From positions 36,704,001 through 36,768,000 of the forward strand of contig OZ024759.1 in NCBI GenBank assembly GCA_964016885.1: a stretch of 64,000 bases of DNA. The letters are read 5' to 3'. The notes beneath the pieces are model-generated. The model ran no database searches. It was not told the DNA's origin and worked only from the letters and a program-made list of their open reading frames with translations. Within the stretch, counting starts at the first letter, position 1, and the number at the start of each line of letters is the position of its first letter. Source of the stretch: Eledone cirrhosa. Its lineage: Eukaryota. Positions 23,034-34,959 of this stretch are shown piece after piece. Position numbers and translations under genes: made by a program.

Positions 23034-23131
23034 CTGTGCATACTTGAATATAAGCCGAGAAAAATGTCACAAAAAAAAATTGATGGTAAAATGGAGGTGC
23101 AGGGAGTCGACTTATATTCAAGTATATACGG
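23034..23131. mobile_element. Short TcMar/Tigger-like MITE
   Basis: ...ATACTTGAATATAAGCCGA / TCGACTTATATTCAAGTATATACGG inverted termini; a related copy at 45608-46165 is split by a hAT element. Confidence 0.55.
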
Positions 23132-23742
23132 TAGCTGTCTATTTAATTATTTTATTTTTTTCTCTCTCGTAGGATGGAGAGCACCTCAACAGTTCTATAT
23201 TCAATGATGTTTTGGCCCAGCAGCCATATGATCAACCTAAGAGCTGTGAAACCCACATCAGCCACCTTTACCAACATGCTAGGCTATCACTATACCTTTA
23301 ACTACAGTCATTACTCAACAACTGGATGGACAATTGATATTCCAGACACCCCTGCTTCACAATTACCATGCTAAAAGGTTTTCATATAAGACATTAAAAC
23401 AATTTTTCAATGATAAAACCAGGAATGTGGGGCATGCAGTTTCATATAAAAAGGATTAAACTGCCCGACTCTATCATTGACTTGATATAAGCAGTGATGG
23501 CCAGCTGTGGAGTGGGGGAAATTGTTGGTCTATGCTACATATTTGGAGATATTTCATTTCATTTATCATTTACTGACCACAGCCTCTAATGGTTTTCATT
23601 CAGGTCCCTTTTGAGGCAATGTTTCACCACATGCCCTTCCTGAATCCAAACCCCTTACAACACATACATACAATACCAGAAACACAAAAGAAAATATTTA
23701 CAGAATTTATTAAATTTTCTTTTTTCCTTTTCTAGAAACAAA

Positions 23743-23913
23743 TTAATTTTTAGATGAAGCCGTCTTTTGTTTCTTTACCTTCTCAACAATTTTTCTGGCT
23801 TTGTATGCCTTCACTTTGCGGGTCTGCAGTTTACTGTAATCCTGCCGTTCCATGTGGATTCGGCCCATTTTGTTACGGAATGCATCGTGTTGTATATTCT
23901 TTCTCTTCTGGAT
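23743..23913 (-). CDS. RPF2: RPF2 exon 10 (stop codon)
   Basis: IQKRKNIQHDAFRNKMGRIHMERQDYSKLQTRKVK...KN*; the ten exons sum to 909 nt (302 aa plus stop). Confidence 0.96.
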   Translation of the reverse strand: MQKRKNIQHDAFRNKMGRIHMERQDYSKLQTRKVKAYKARKIVEKVKKQKTASSKN

Positions 23914-24353
23914 CTGAAAATGGGATGTAAAAACAAAAAAAAATTTTAAATGGGGTCTGTAAAGTGGTTGGTGATAAGGATGGCAGCCAACCATAGAAAC
24001 CATGGTACAACCTCTCTATAGTGTTGGTTATATCAGGAAGGGTATCCAGCCAAAGAAACCATGTTAGGGCACAATGTCCACACAATATCTGATTCCTCTT
24101 ATTTTCAGTTCATCCTCACCCTGTTATTTATGGATACCAACGGAGTATACTCACTTTATTTCTATCAGCATGTCTTCTGCATTTAACACTCAGGTCTTAC
24201 TGCAATGCTACACTGCAGTCCTCATGCAGGGAGAAACCCATTTGTTGTCAACAGAGGAAGTAGCTCCCTGAACATTTTAATGTTTTCCCCTATTTGGTTA
24301 ATATTCTATCTATTCTTCCAATAATAATAATAATAGTGAATAGCAGGACAAAC

Positions 24354-24498
24354 CTTTGCAGCCTTTGGGTTCTTGCAAGCCCGTTTGAATAAGGCATCTG
24401 TTGCCAGTTTTGTTCGTCGAAGAACAAACTCAAATGATGGCCCCATATCATTTAGTTCAATGTAAGGGGTACGAGAGCCTGACTTCTTTAAGGTTATT
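24354..24498 (-). CDS. RPF2: RPF2 exon 9
   Basis: ITLKKSGSRTPYIELNDMGPSFEFVLRRTKLA...; Brix-family ExGP motif region. Confidence 0.96.
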
Positions 24499-24888
24499 CT
24501 GGAAATACATAGATTATATAATTTATAAATACTGTTTTATATATATATATATAGGGAGAGAGAGAGAAAAAAAAAAGTAAAAAAGCGCAGGGGCATTTTA
24601 TTTAACCCTTCAGCATTTATATTATATTTATTACTGTATTTTCACAGTAAAAGCTTTACCTCACATATCGAATATATGATATATTGATATTATTTAGTTT
24701 GAGATCAATACCTTAACATAAATATGAGCAGCCAGTTATGACCGGTTTGAACAGAAAGAGGTGAGAGAATTCTGGCCGGATATGGCCAGTCTAAATGCTA
24801 AAGGGTTAAAGGTTATCTTTTTCTTTAATTCGACAAAATGAATATTTTTATAAGAAAGAGAGGCATAATATGTATAGCAATGACTTAC

Positions 24889-24991
24889 TTGTAATTCCTC
24901 ATATAAATCTTGCCATCTGCAGCTACAAACATGATAACATGCTCTAACCCAGCAAGACGTACCGTATCAACAACCGGACCACGGAAGAAAT
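24889..24991 (-). CDS. RPF2: RPF2 exon 8
   Basis: DFFRGPVVDTVRLAGLEHVIMFVAADGKIYMRNYK; canonical splice sites. Confidence 0.96.
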
Positions 24992-25937
24992 CTATGGTAG
25001 AAGCAAAACATGATAAGGAGATACTATAACCACAACAGCAAACGTTTTCATTACTGTATTTATAATGAAATACATAGTATTTCAATTACTTGACTCTTAA
25101 TGTCTTGTACCACATAAACAAGAGTATAAAACGCTATGAAAGCATCATCACCATCATTTAATGTCTGCTTTCCCTGCTAGCAAGGGTTGGACAGGTCAGT
25201 ACTGAAGCATGGCTACTGACTTCCCAGACAGGCTATCTGCATCTCACTTACGTACGGACATACGTTCTATAAATTGCACATGAAGAGTTGTCTTTTGACA
25301 CAAACTGAAGGGTCCTCCCAACCCCTTCAAAGTTCCAATTAAATAGGAATCTTTAAAAATGGTTTCACAGAACCAGAGCTGGTTTTGGTTGGGTTGGTAA
25401 CAAAAGGGTTAAACCATGAGCAAGATGGCTGGATAACATCCATGAGCTCAGCTCGTCCCATCTAGGGATCCATCCGGATCAATTGGAGATGGTTGCTTCT
25501 GACAGGAAGACGGGGAGTTGGCAGAATTATTAGAATGTCGGATGAATGCCTTGTGGTATTTCTTTCAGCTCTCTGAGTTCAAATTATACCATGATCAACA
25601 ATGCCTTTAATCCATTTAGGGTCAAAAGAAAAGTACCAGTCTAGTACTAGGGCGGATTCTTCCTATATATCTCTTTCTCACTTCCTCTCCTTCTCTGGCA
25701 GAAATCTGCTGTATTCAAACCTGGAGAGGATTGGGCTCTGCCAGGTTCTAAAATGCCCTAGAAATGCCATCACCCCTACAACTCCCTCAGGAGTAATGGG
25801 ACCACGTATGCTTCTGACAGGACCTGCTGGAAGGAGTATTTAAGGACTCTGCCCCATGACCCTCTCAAAAAAAATGGATGAATAAGAAAAGATATGAGAA
25901 CAAAACGTTTCTCAACAACACAAAACCCCAAACTTAC

Positions 25938-26037
25938 CAATAAATAAATTCTTTAGTCGTACATAATCAGCATCTTGTTCAAAGGGATCTCCAGCAAATA
26001 AAAGACAAGGTTTTGTTCCCAAAGATACTTTGGAAGT
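25938..26037 (-). CDS. RPF2: RPF2 exon 7
   Basis: TSKVSLGTKPCLLFAGDPFEQDADYVRLKNLFI(D); canonical splice sites. Confidence 0.96.
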
Positions 26038-26953
26038 CTGGAAAAAATAAAAAAAAATAAAATTCTTAACATTCTGTAAAGATTTAGAAAATATCTGATG
26101 TTATTCTTCTCTAAATTAGTTTCTTCAACTCTTAAGAACTACCCTAAGTCTGAGAAATGGGCAAAAATCCCAACCCAGTTTACAAGTAGGTATCGCAGTA
26201 GAGCTCTGAAAAGGGCCGATAAGCACAGTTTGACCACACAAAAGCCCACTTTTTGCTTGATCATTTTCATGTCAAAATATATTTTTTTGTGGACAGTTAT
26301 ATCATTTGAAAGTTCTGGGTGTGAAAAAAAAAGAGGTAACTGCTATCTCATGGACACTATCAATTTGTGTAATTTGAAGTTGATTACTCCCTCAGTTTCA
26401 AAGATATGACATCACAAATATGGCTAATTATTCAATTAGATTTAATGAGGCAAGATTCGTTAACCATTCAGATTGTCATATTTCATAAAATATTCATCAA
26501 ATTTCACAAATAAGGTATCAAAAAGTTTCTGTTTGGATGTTACTGGTACTTTATTTTATTGACCCTGTAAGGACGAAAGGCAAAGCTTACCTTGGCAGGA
26601 TTTGCACTCAGAACATAAAGCACTGTAACTATATGCTGCAAAGCACATTGTCTGATACTCTACCGAAACTGCCAATCCAATGCCCTTATATATTAATTGT
26701 TTCTACTTTAGGCACAAGACCAGCAATTACCCAGTGCATTACTGGTACTTTATTTTATCGACCCCGTAAAGATGAAAGGCAAAGTTAACTTCAACGGGAT
26801 TTGAAATCAGATCATAAAGGGCCGTAACTATGCTGCAAAGCATGGTGTCCGACCCTCTACCGATACTGTTAATCCACCGCAATGGGTTTTTAGGACCAGC
26901 CAGGCATGACTTGACCCTCTCAGTGGTTCGGGAGTTTGTATATATATATTTAC

Positions 26954-27030
26954 CTTTTCATCCATCATAGATTTGAACTCTGTAATCCCTAATTCAATCA
27001 TGTCCATCACATGATGATCAAACAATCGAC
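26954..27030 (-). CDS. RPF2: RPF2 exon 6
   Basis: RLFDHHVMDMIELGITEFKSMMDEK; canonical splice sites. Confidence 0.96.
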
Positions 27031-27109
27031 CTGGTGAAAGAAAGAAAAAAATCAGACATGGTATATGGTGTCCATATTGAGAAAACCTGCCAAACAAAGG
27101 TGATCTACA

Positions 27110-27450
27110 TGATAAATACACCCAGTAAAGGGTAAAGACCCCGTTCAATCATGAATGCCCATGGGATTTGCACTTAGACAGTTCCCCTCTGAGGCACAAG
27201 TCTGGGCAAGGTTGTTTGATATGAATACCAGCTGTCACCCATGTATACTAGTCTCCCCTCTCCATGCCACCAATGTTGTCCAAGGTTTGGCACCAGTGAC
27301 GTCACAACTCATTTCTACAGCTGAGTGAACTGGAGCAACGTGAAATAAAGTGTTTTGCTCAAGAACACAACACAAAGCCCAGTGCTAGAATCAAACTCAC
27401 AACCATAGGATTGTAAGCCCGACATTCTAACCACTAAGCCATGCACCTTC
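27110..27450 (-). mobile_element. tRNA-derived SINE with a CORE-like central domain
   Basis: TGGCTTAGTGGTTAG A-box, degenerate B-box, then TTCTTGAGCAAAACACTTTATTTCAC...CAGCTGTAGAAATGAG; other copies near 28150, 28420, 30240, 57790, 58180 and 61970. Confidence 0.7.
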
Positions 27451-27994
27451 ACCAACACACCCAGTATATCATCACCGTTTAACGTCCGTTTTTCCATGCT
27501 AGCATGGGTTAAATGAGTTGCCCCATGTTGTGAGACAAGGGAGATTAGGTGACCATGTCTTGCTCATGCAGAACTGTTTCTGGCTTGGTTTCTACAGCTG
27601 GATGCCCTTCGAAATACCAATCACATTTACAGTGTAGACTGGGTTGTTTTTTTTTATAGGGGCACCAGACGACCAACTGACGGGTTAGATTGGATGCTTT
27701 TTGTCATGTTCCCAACATGACTCCTTTACAGGGTGGTCTAGTAAAGTGTCATGGTTTCATGTGGTTTGTTAATTCAAATGCTTATAGTGTCTTTACTGTT
27801 AGACATATTGTTTTGAACATTTATAGTGTTAGACTTTAATATTTGTTGTGCTGCAGTAACTGTTATTTTGTACTTTTCAAAAAATGTCTTGCAAATGTGG
27901 TTTCACGGACGTTAAGAATTAAACTGAGGCCATGCCTGGGGGGAGGAGATGTCATATATATATTATCAATAAATATTTAAAAACGATTGCTTAC

Positions 27995-28076
27995 CAATGA
28001 CAAAATTTGCAGGTTTTTTCTTGGAATGTGAGCCAAACAAGAACAACGAAGCATCAGATCGAGCAGAGAAAAAGTC
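27995..28076 (-). CDS. RPF2: RPF2 exon 5 (Brix domain)
   Basis: DFFSARSDASLFLFGSHSKKKPANFVIG; canonical splice sites. Confidence 0.96.
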
Positions 28077-28794
28077 CTGGAATTTAAAATGGAAAAATAT
28101 TTCATCATAAACCAAATTCTGATTTCAGAATTGTAATTATTTGGTTAAAAGTGATTGGCTTAGTGGTTAGTGTGTTCAACTTAGGAGTGGAAGATAACGA
28201 TTTTGATTACTAGCAGTGTACTGAGTCCTTTAGCAAGAAGCTTTATTTCACATTACTCCAATTCAATCAGCTAGAAATAAAATAAGAGTTGTACCTATAT
28301 TTCAAAGAGCCAGCTTTGTCATTCGATCGACTTTCGTCAAATTGGACCGAGGAAACAATGTTTCCATGGGTCTTTCCAATTGCTAGTACTATCTATCGGT
28401 CGCAACTCCAGGTAGAAGGAGCAACATGAAATAAAGTGTCTTGTTCAAGGACATAACGCATCGCCCGGTCCAGGAATCAAAATCACAACCTCATGATTGT
28501 GAATCCAATTCTCTAACCACTCAGCCACACGCCTTCATAAATGTCATACAATGTGTCAAGCTTAATCTCCCCAAGAAATACATTAAAGGTACACATGTCT
28601 ATGGATTGCTCAATCACTTGCATGCTGTTCATTTTTGTAAATGATTCTATTGTGAGACTATGTAAAAACAAGCAGGGGTTAGTCATAGGCCCCCATGGAC
28701 AGTTTCTCCATGTCTCCCTATCACTGGCACCTCACCCTCTATTTTACCACATGTGTTGAGTTACTAAAACAATCACAAGATATTCCATACTTAC

Positions 28795-28834
28795 TAAAGT
28801 ATTCTCACTCTCAAATGGACGTATGATATTTTTT
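28795..28834 (-). CDS. RPF2: RPF2 exon 4
   Basis: tctag|KNIIRPFESENTL|gtaagt. Confidence 0.93.
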
Positions 28835-28855
28835 CTAGAAAAATAAGAAAAAACA

Positions 28856-29370
28856 TTATTATTATTTTTATTGCGCATCATTACTGCTTTACCGAGCACA
28901 GCTCTGTGAGCCTTGGGTATAAGCAGTGTAGTTTTTGCTGATGTTGTTTCTATTGTATTGATAGTACTTTTTGTAATATGTGTGCAGTACCTAGTAGTGC
29001 TATCGTTTGTATGTTGTATATATTTGTAAGTCCTGGGGTTTTGGTCATGTCTGTGTGTGTTTTTTTTTTATCATTCCCAGAACACCTATTATTTTAGGTA
29101 TTGTTTCTGTTTTCATTTTCCACATTCGAGTTATTTCTATCTCTAGATCTTTATATTTGGAGAGTTTCTCTATTTCCTTGGAAGATATATTGTCATCAGT
29201 GGAGATTGATACATCTATTAGAAGGCATTTGTTTTCTTTGTGGTTTTTGACAATATCTGGTCAATTGGCTTTGATCTGTCTGTATGTATTGGCATATCCC
29301 AGAGAATGGTGGCTTTGTCATTCTCTGACACTTTCTTTGGTGTCTGTTTGTAGCATCTTTTGCACAAAGA
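28856..29370 (-). mobile_element. RLE-type (R4/Dong-like) non-LTR retrotransposon 3' fragment
   Basis: ILWDMPIHTDR...RPDIV...CLLIDVS...EKLSKYKDL...ALLGTAHI restriction-like endonuclease motifs with a (TAA)n tail. Confidence 0.8.
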
Positions 29371-29534
29371 GGCTATGTCACCTTTGCCTGGACAAAGCAC
29401 AACAGACTAATGAGATTACATTTTCAATTTTCATAAGAAACAAATAAAATATGTAAAAAGCAGTATCAAACCATTTAAGGTCCCATTCTATAGGAAAACC
29501 CCCCCCCCCCCAGGGATTAAAGAATAATACATAC

Positions 29535-29572
29535 CTTTTATACATGATTGAGTTTGGTTTTTTCAAGATATA
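29535..29572 (-). CDS. RPF2: RPF2 exon 3
   Basis: ttcag|YILKKPNSIMYK(R)|gtatgt. Confidence 0.93.
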
Positions 29573-29605
29573 CTGAAAAAAAAAAAAGACAATATATATA
29601 CATTA

Positions 29606-29946
29606 ACCCTTTTGTTACTATATTAAAAAAACAAACAAAACACTGCCCTTATTTTTCAAATAATCAAGAATTTGGAGGGATTAAGTAAAATAGAGTTGAG
29701 TGTTTGGAGCAATAGAAAGTTATTAACCCTTTAGCATTTAAACTGGCCGTAACTTGCTACTCATACTGGTGTTAACGTATTCTCAAAATAAATAATACCA
29801 AAATCTAATAGTTTTGATATTATGTAAGGTAAAACCTTTACTGCAAAAATACATTAGTATATAGAGAGTAATGTAAACGCTAAAGGGTTAAACAGCTTTG
29901 TATCATAGAACCAGATGTGATGCCATGTGGCTTGACATCAAAAGGT
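29606..29946. mobile_element. piggyBac-type MITE (family B) containing a nested family-A MITE
   Basis: TTAA|CCCTTTTGTTAC...CAAAAGGT|TTAA; related copies near 25365-25412 and 58840-59280. Confidence 0.55.
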
Positions 29947-30745
29947 TTAACTACTGGTATTTATTCCAGCTCCTTCACAAGGGATTTTTGAAAGCTGCGA
30001 GTGGTCATTTGTCTAGAGATTCAAATGAATCACACCAATGGCTGGAGCTAATCACCTAACCATGGAACTACAAATGATTCTGAAAGCTGCATTAAGTGAA
30101 TGAGGACTGCTGCCGGAAGGAGTGTTTTAAGACTCTGCCCCAATGACTCTCTCAGGAATAATTGGGCAAAGGAGAACTGCAGCTGTCTGTCACTAGTCAG
30201 ACTGATGATGATGATCATCATCATAAAGTCTAAAGTCTGTCTTAAGCCAGAAGGCTCATTTGGCCGATGCTTATCCTGGTTTCATGTCATGAAGCAACTG
30301 AGAGTACAAGACTCCCCCATGGACTGAACACCAGTATATTGCAGGGTTAAACCACCAGCTATTGCTGGTAATCATTTTTAGCTGAGTATACTGAGGCAAC
30401 GTGAAATAAGTATTTTGCCCAAGAACACAACACACAACCAAGGAATCGAACCCACAACATTATGATCGTAAGTCCAATACACTTACCATTAGGCCCTGTG
30501 CTTCCACCATCGTCATTATAATACCGGGTTAATTACATGGCTTCATGGTAATGATGGTGGTGTTGATGAGGACAATGGTGATGATGATAGCCGTGACATG
30601 TGGACATATCACACTTTGTCGTTCAGTTGACAATCTGTGTGCCATATTGCCCGTTAAATCAAAGCCTGGCCTGTAGAAGGAGAGATAGAATGTTCTCCTA
30701 TTATTACTACTACTGCTACTACCACAACAACATAAAACTACTTAC

Positions 30746-30878
30746 AATGTCCCTCAAAGCTTTGGCAACAGTCTCACTGGTGTTTCCACCTTTGATAACC
30801 ATGGCAACCTTCGTATTTTCAAAGATTTTTGGTTCCCTTCGTTCCAAAGCTCTTTTCCCTCTCTGGGTTTTGGTAGGT
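30746..30878 (-). CDS. RPF2: RPF2 exon 2
   Basis: PTKTQRGKRALERREPKIFENTKVAMVIKGGNTSETVAKALRDI matches the RPF2 N-terminus (KPKTKRAKRFLEKREPK...IKGG); canonical splice sites. Confidence 0.96.
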
Positions 30879-31536
30879 CTAGAAATGAAGAAGAAAATAA
30901 TAATACATACACTCTGTAAAGTGGGAGGGCTGGTGTCATGATAAAATACACCCAGTACACTCTGTAAAGTGGTAGTGTTGGTGTCATATATTATATATCG
31001 ACTGGCTAAACCAGGATCCATATATATATACTGGCTGTGATCACTGCTATCTAAATGTCTATATGTATGTACAATACGTTTATGTATAATAAATAATTTC
31101 ATAGTTATACAATAGTAAAGAAAAAAGGCGAGAAGATCCCTACACGTAATATCAAAAGCTGTTGGAGTTTTCCTGTAATTATTATATAACATAAATATAC
31201 ATATAAGTCTTGCTGTGACATGATCGCTGTTATTTCAGTATCTATGTAAACGTTGCTGATGATGGATGAAATACCTGAGGTGGATGTATAGTGTTTTTAT
31301 ACGAAGTAGCTATGATATGATCGGAGCCCAGTACCAGTGTGAACGTAGTTTATGGTGGATAAAATTCTTGAAATGCAGTGTTACTACACGTGTACTGAGT
31401 AGTTGTGATACGAGCACTACACACCTATAATGTGTTTATAATTATTCATATACACCTTCATTATAAATAATTTACAATAATTTAAGATCGGGTATTCCGA
31501 AATTAAACTCAACAAATAAAATAAATCAATACGTAC

Positions 31537-31556
31537 ACAATCAACGGCAAAACCAT
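31537..31556 (-). CDS. RPF2: RPF2 exon 1 (start codon)
   Basis: ATG GTT TTG CCG TTG ATT GT|gtacgt; phase 2 joins the next exon to give MVLPLIVPTKTQRGKRALE. Confidence 0.75.
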
Positions 31557-31559
31557 ATT

Positions 31560-31710
31560 GACAGATCGATAAACAGACACAAAAGATATAGATGGCTGTC
31601 TGTGTGTTTGATGCGATGTAGTGGCGTGGAGTAATCGCTGTTAATGTGGCTATTACTACAACACGTGCGTGGATGAAAGAGACTACACGCAGGAAGTGAT
31701 GTCATGTATA
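31560..31710 (-). promoter_or_regulatory. Probable RPF2 5'UTR/promoter
   Basis: Immediately upstream of the RPF2 ATG; CpG-enriched, with CACGTG, ACTACA and CAGGAAGTGATGTCA (ETS/CRE-like) motifs. Confidence 0.4.
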
Positions 31711-31915
31711 ATACTCAACTAATGCGGATATATATTAATCCAGCAAATTCATGGAGTTAGGGTCGTTATTTGAATCAGATTTTTCTTTCTTTTTTTTTGG
31801 TGTGTGTGTAGAGGGTGGGGAGACTTCAGCATGTAGCTCGGGGAATAAAATATATATGCATTGTCTATTCTTTTCTTGATGGCAGTCATTAAACGGCGGC
31901 CATGCTGGGGCAATG

Positions 31916-31970
<55 letters not shown>

Positions 31971-31997
31971 TTGCAAGGTTTTTTATATATATATATA

Positions 31998-32380
31998 TCA
32001 TCATCATCATCACCGTTTTACGTCCGTTCTTTCACGCTAGCATGGGTTAGACGGGTTGTCCTGTTGTGGACAGTGTCCGGTCGGCTGACTTTGTCTTGCT
32101 CATACGGGAACTGATTCTGGCTTGATTTCTACAGCTGGATGCCCTTCCTAACACCAACCTCATTTACAGTGAGTGCTGGATGCTTTTTTTCCGTGGTGCC
32201 TACACGTCCACTTTACAGTGTGGGCTGGGTGCTTTTTTGCCGTGGCACCTCCACGACCACTTTGCTGTGGTATGATAGGGACCCCAGTCCTATCATCTCA
32301 TTTCTACAGCTGAATAAACTGGAGGCAATGTGAAATAAAATGTCTTGCTCAAGGAAACAGCACATTACCCAGTCCGAGAT
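31998..32380 (-). mobile_element. SINE with a CORE-like body and an RTE-derived 3' tail
   Basis: Tail nearly identical to the RTE 3'UTR at 13601-13870; second copy at 39768-40222. Confidence 0.8.
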
Positions 32381-32529
32381 GTGCTATTTCCTTGAGCAAG
32401 ACAGTTATATATATATATATATATACACTTTTCTAAAAAACAAATCATACATAAAACGCCAGCACCAACAGTTTTGCAAGAGATGTCAACATGAATGGAC
32501 CTGTTATTTTTATTTTATTTCTCATTCTT

Positions 32530-32565
32530 TCTTCTGATGAAGGACTAGCGTCCGAAACGTTAAGA
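32530..32565 (+). ncRNA. Minimal hammerhead motif in a Penelope-like repeat (about 32480-32652)
   Basis: TCTT-CTGATGA-a-GGAC(TAGC)GTCC-GAAACGTT-AAGA; the same repeat occurs at 7900-8115 (opposite strand), 15132-15210 and 50735-50815. Confidence 0.55.
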
Positions 32566-33109
32566 CCCTCTTCCTGCTATATCAAGCGTTAACCTAATAT
32601 ATACCTTCCATATACTGTACCGATTGTGTTGTTATTTCTGTTTACCCTTTACACACACACACGCATATATATATATATGTATATATATAACGAAGGAAAT
32701 GTGGTAAGGAACCAGGTGGACCATAACATATATATATATAATATAAGATCAAAAGATGGCTAAAAGAGTTCCATGTATTTTATCAGCAAATTGTAAATAA
32801 TGGTAAATAAATTCCTTAATCTATATATAACAAATAATATAATATATTCTATGTATAAATATATATTATATTTCTTTTCTATTTTACTATATTTATACAT
32901 ATTATGTATCAGTTGATATTAAATATACTATTATATCATCTCTACCACTCCCCCAGCCCTACATTAGACCCCAGTGCTCCCCTGGTACTTCTCAACGACC
33001 TCGGGGGAGGGGGTAGCGCTCACTTCGAGAACCTCTGATCTTGTGGATTTGTCTGGAGCCCGTAAATGTGAAATGTGACATGGGACGAAATGAATTGAAG
33101 AAGACTTCT

Positions 33110-33239
33110 GTAGTTGAATATGACATTACCCAGCGACACATGGCGAAATTTCGTTTACATCGTTGAATGATGTCGTTGGAGCTGTCATTGTTTGTCAGCT
33201 CTTTAACATATCTAGAGCAGATGTCAGCAAATGAAATAG
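33110..33239 (+). other. Candidate 5' non-coding first exon of USP16/45 with an 8-codon uORF
   Basis: Unique CpG-containing sequence with ACATGGCG, ATG 33140 to TGA 33166 (MAKFRLHR*), donor atag|gtaggg; start coordinate approximate. Confidence 0.35.
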
Positions 33240-33727
33240 GTAGGGAAATACTTTAAACTTTCATCTTTCTAACCACATTAATTTCAAATACCTTTTCATT
33301 TCTATTTATGTCAGTTTCTAGTCCAATTAGTGAGAGTGTGTGACCCACCTCTCTCTCTCATCTCTTCAAACCTCATTTTATTTTCAATTATTTTTTCTTC
33401 TCTCTTCGTTTGTTTCATATTTCGAGCTTATTGAGGGATCATTTGATATATAAGACAGTCAGATTCAATATATAATGTTTAAACATCTCTCTATATAGAA
33501 GTTTATATATTATAGGACGTCCTGTTTATTTATCTTTACTTTCCCTTTATCAACTCTGAAATACTCCTCTACCTATTTTTAAAGAAATTTCTTATTTTAC
33601 ACTTGTTAAACCCTACAAAAGAGGGTTCTTATAATTCATAACCATCTCCAATGCCAAACATCGTTAGAATATATTAAGATCAAACTCTAATATCGACCCT
33701 AGATCTGTATTCCCTCAATATCCTGGC

Positions 33728-33761
<34 letters not shown>

Positions 33762-34745
33762 GGTCAGTCCCGATACTGCAGATGGTGTTAATTAAAGAAA
33801 GAAAAAAAACAACATTTATTATATAAAATGTTTACTTTTATAACAATAACGATAATAAATAAATATATTTATAGATAATTTTTTTCCTTTTATATTCAGG
33901 AAGTAATTTGATAGACATTTGTTTAGGTTTCATTTTCAAAAATGTCTTCTACAGGACTAGAATTGTTTCATTCGAAGAAAATCATCAGGAAAGCCCGATG
34001 ATTTCCTTCCTGTAGAAGACATTTCTATATTAAATTTGTTGTATACACTCTACTAATGTATTGAGTACCTTATTTATTGTGGTTACTCCCGACTGAACCA
34101 GGGACTCACATATATATATAGTTACCGGGGTGTGTCGGGAGGGAAGATCATCGGAGTTCTCCACGTTGGACTTGAATATTCCACCTGTCTCGCTTGGAGG
34201 AAACATAATCCATGTTTTTCCTAAGATTTTTTAAAATCTGGCTTCAAAACAGTCTGAATTATTTATTATTTATTTAACGGCCTTAGGGGTTAAAAATATG
34301 TTCTTCCTAAGGATGTTGAACGAATGTGGCCTCCGAAATCATTGAGGAGCAGAGTACATAAAGTGCCGTACTTGAACGTGGAGCAAAAAAGATTTAAGGA
34401 CCTGTTTAGGGGGATAAAATGCAACCAAATGTTTCTTGTTGGTTACAGTATTGGGTTCATCTACCCCGATCACTGTATCAAATACTTAGATCCGATGACC
34501 AACAACTTGCGTTTCAGGTACTTGCTTTGGTCTCATGAAGATCTCGTTCATACCACTTGAGTGAGGGCAGGGAAAAACCAGGCTGTGACCCTTCTGTAAC
34601 TGTCTGTGATCACCCTGTTTCAGATACTACACACTTATGAGTAGATAGATTACCAATAAAATTGATAGACTGTAGCCGTTATTCAAGAAGCCAGCCTTGT
34701 CATGATGAATCTCCCTGAAAAATACACTAACCACATAACCTATAA

Positions 34746-34795
<50 letters not shown>

Positions 34796-34914
34796 CGTTA
34801 TTCACATATAAATATATGTAGATAAATATATATTATATTATACATATATATGTATATGATATAGATTTATACATTTTCTATATAAATATATAATATTATA
34901 CATACATCAGTAAA

Positions 34915-34959
<45 letters not shown>

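Noticed and set aside
31255-31280. TGATGA...CTGA resembling snoRNA C/D boxes
   Set aside because: Too short, antisense to the host gene RPF2, and no terminal stem or guide sequence recognised
34120-34620. Unique-looking sequence with a 78-aa ORF (34324-34560)
   Set aside because: No motif recognised on either strand; left unexplained
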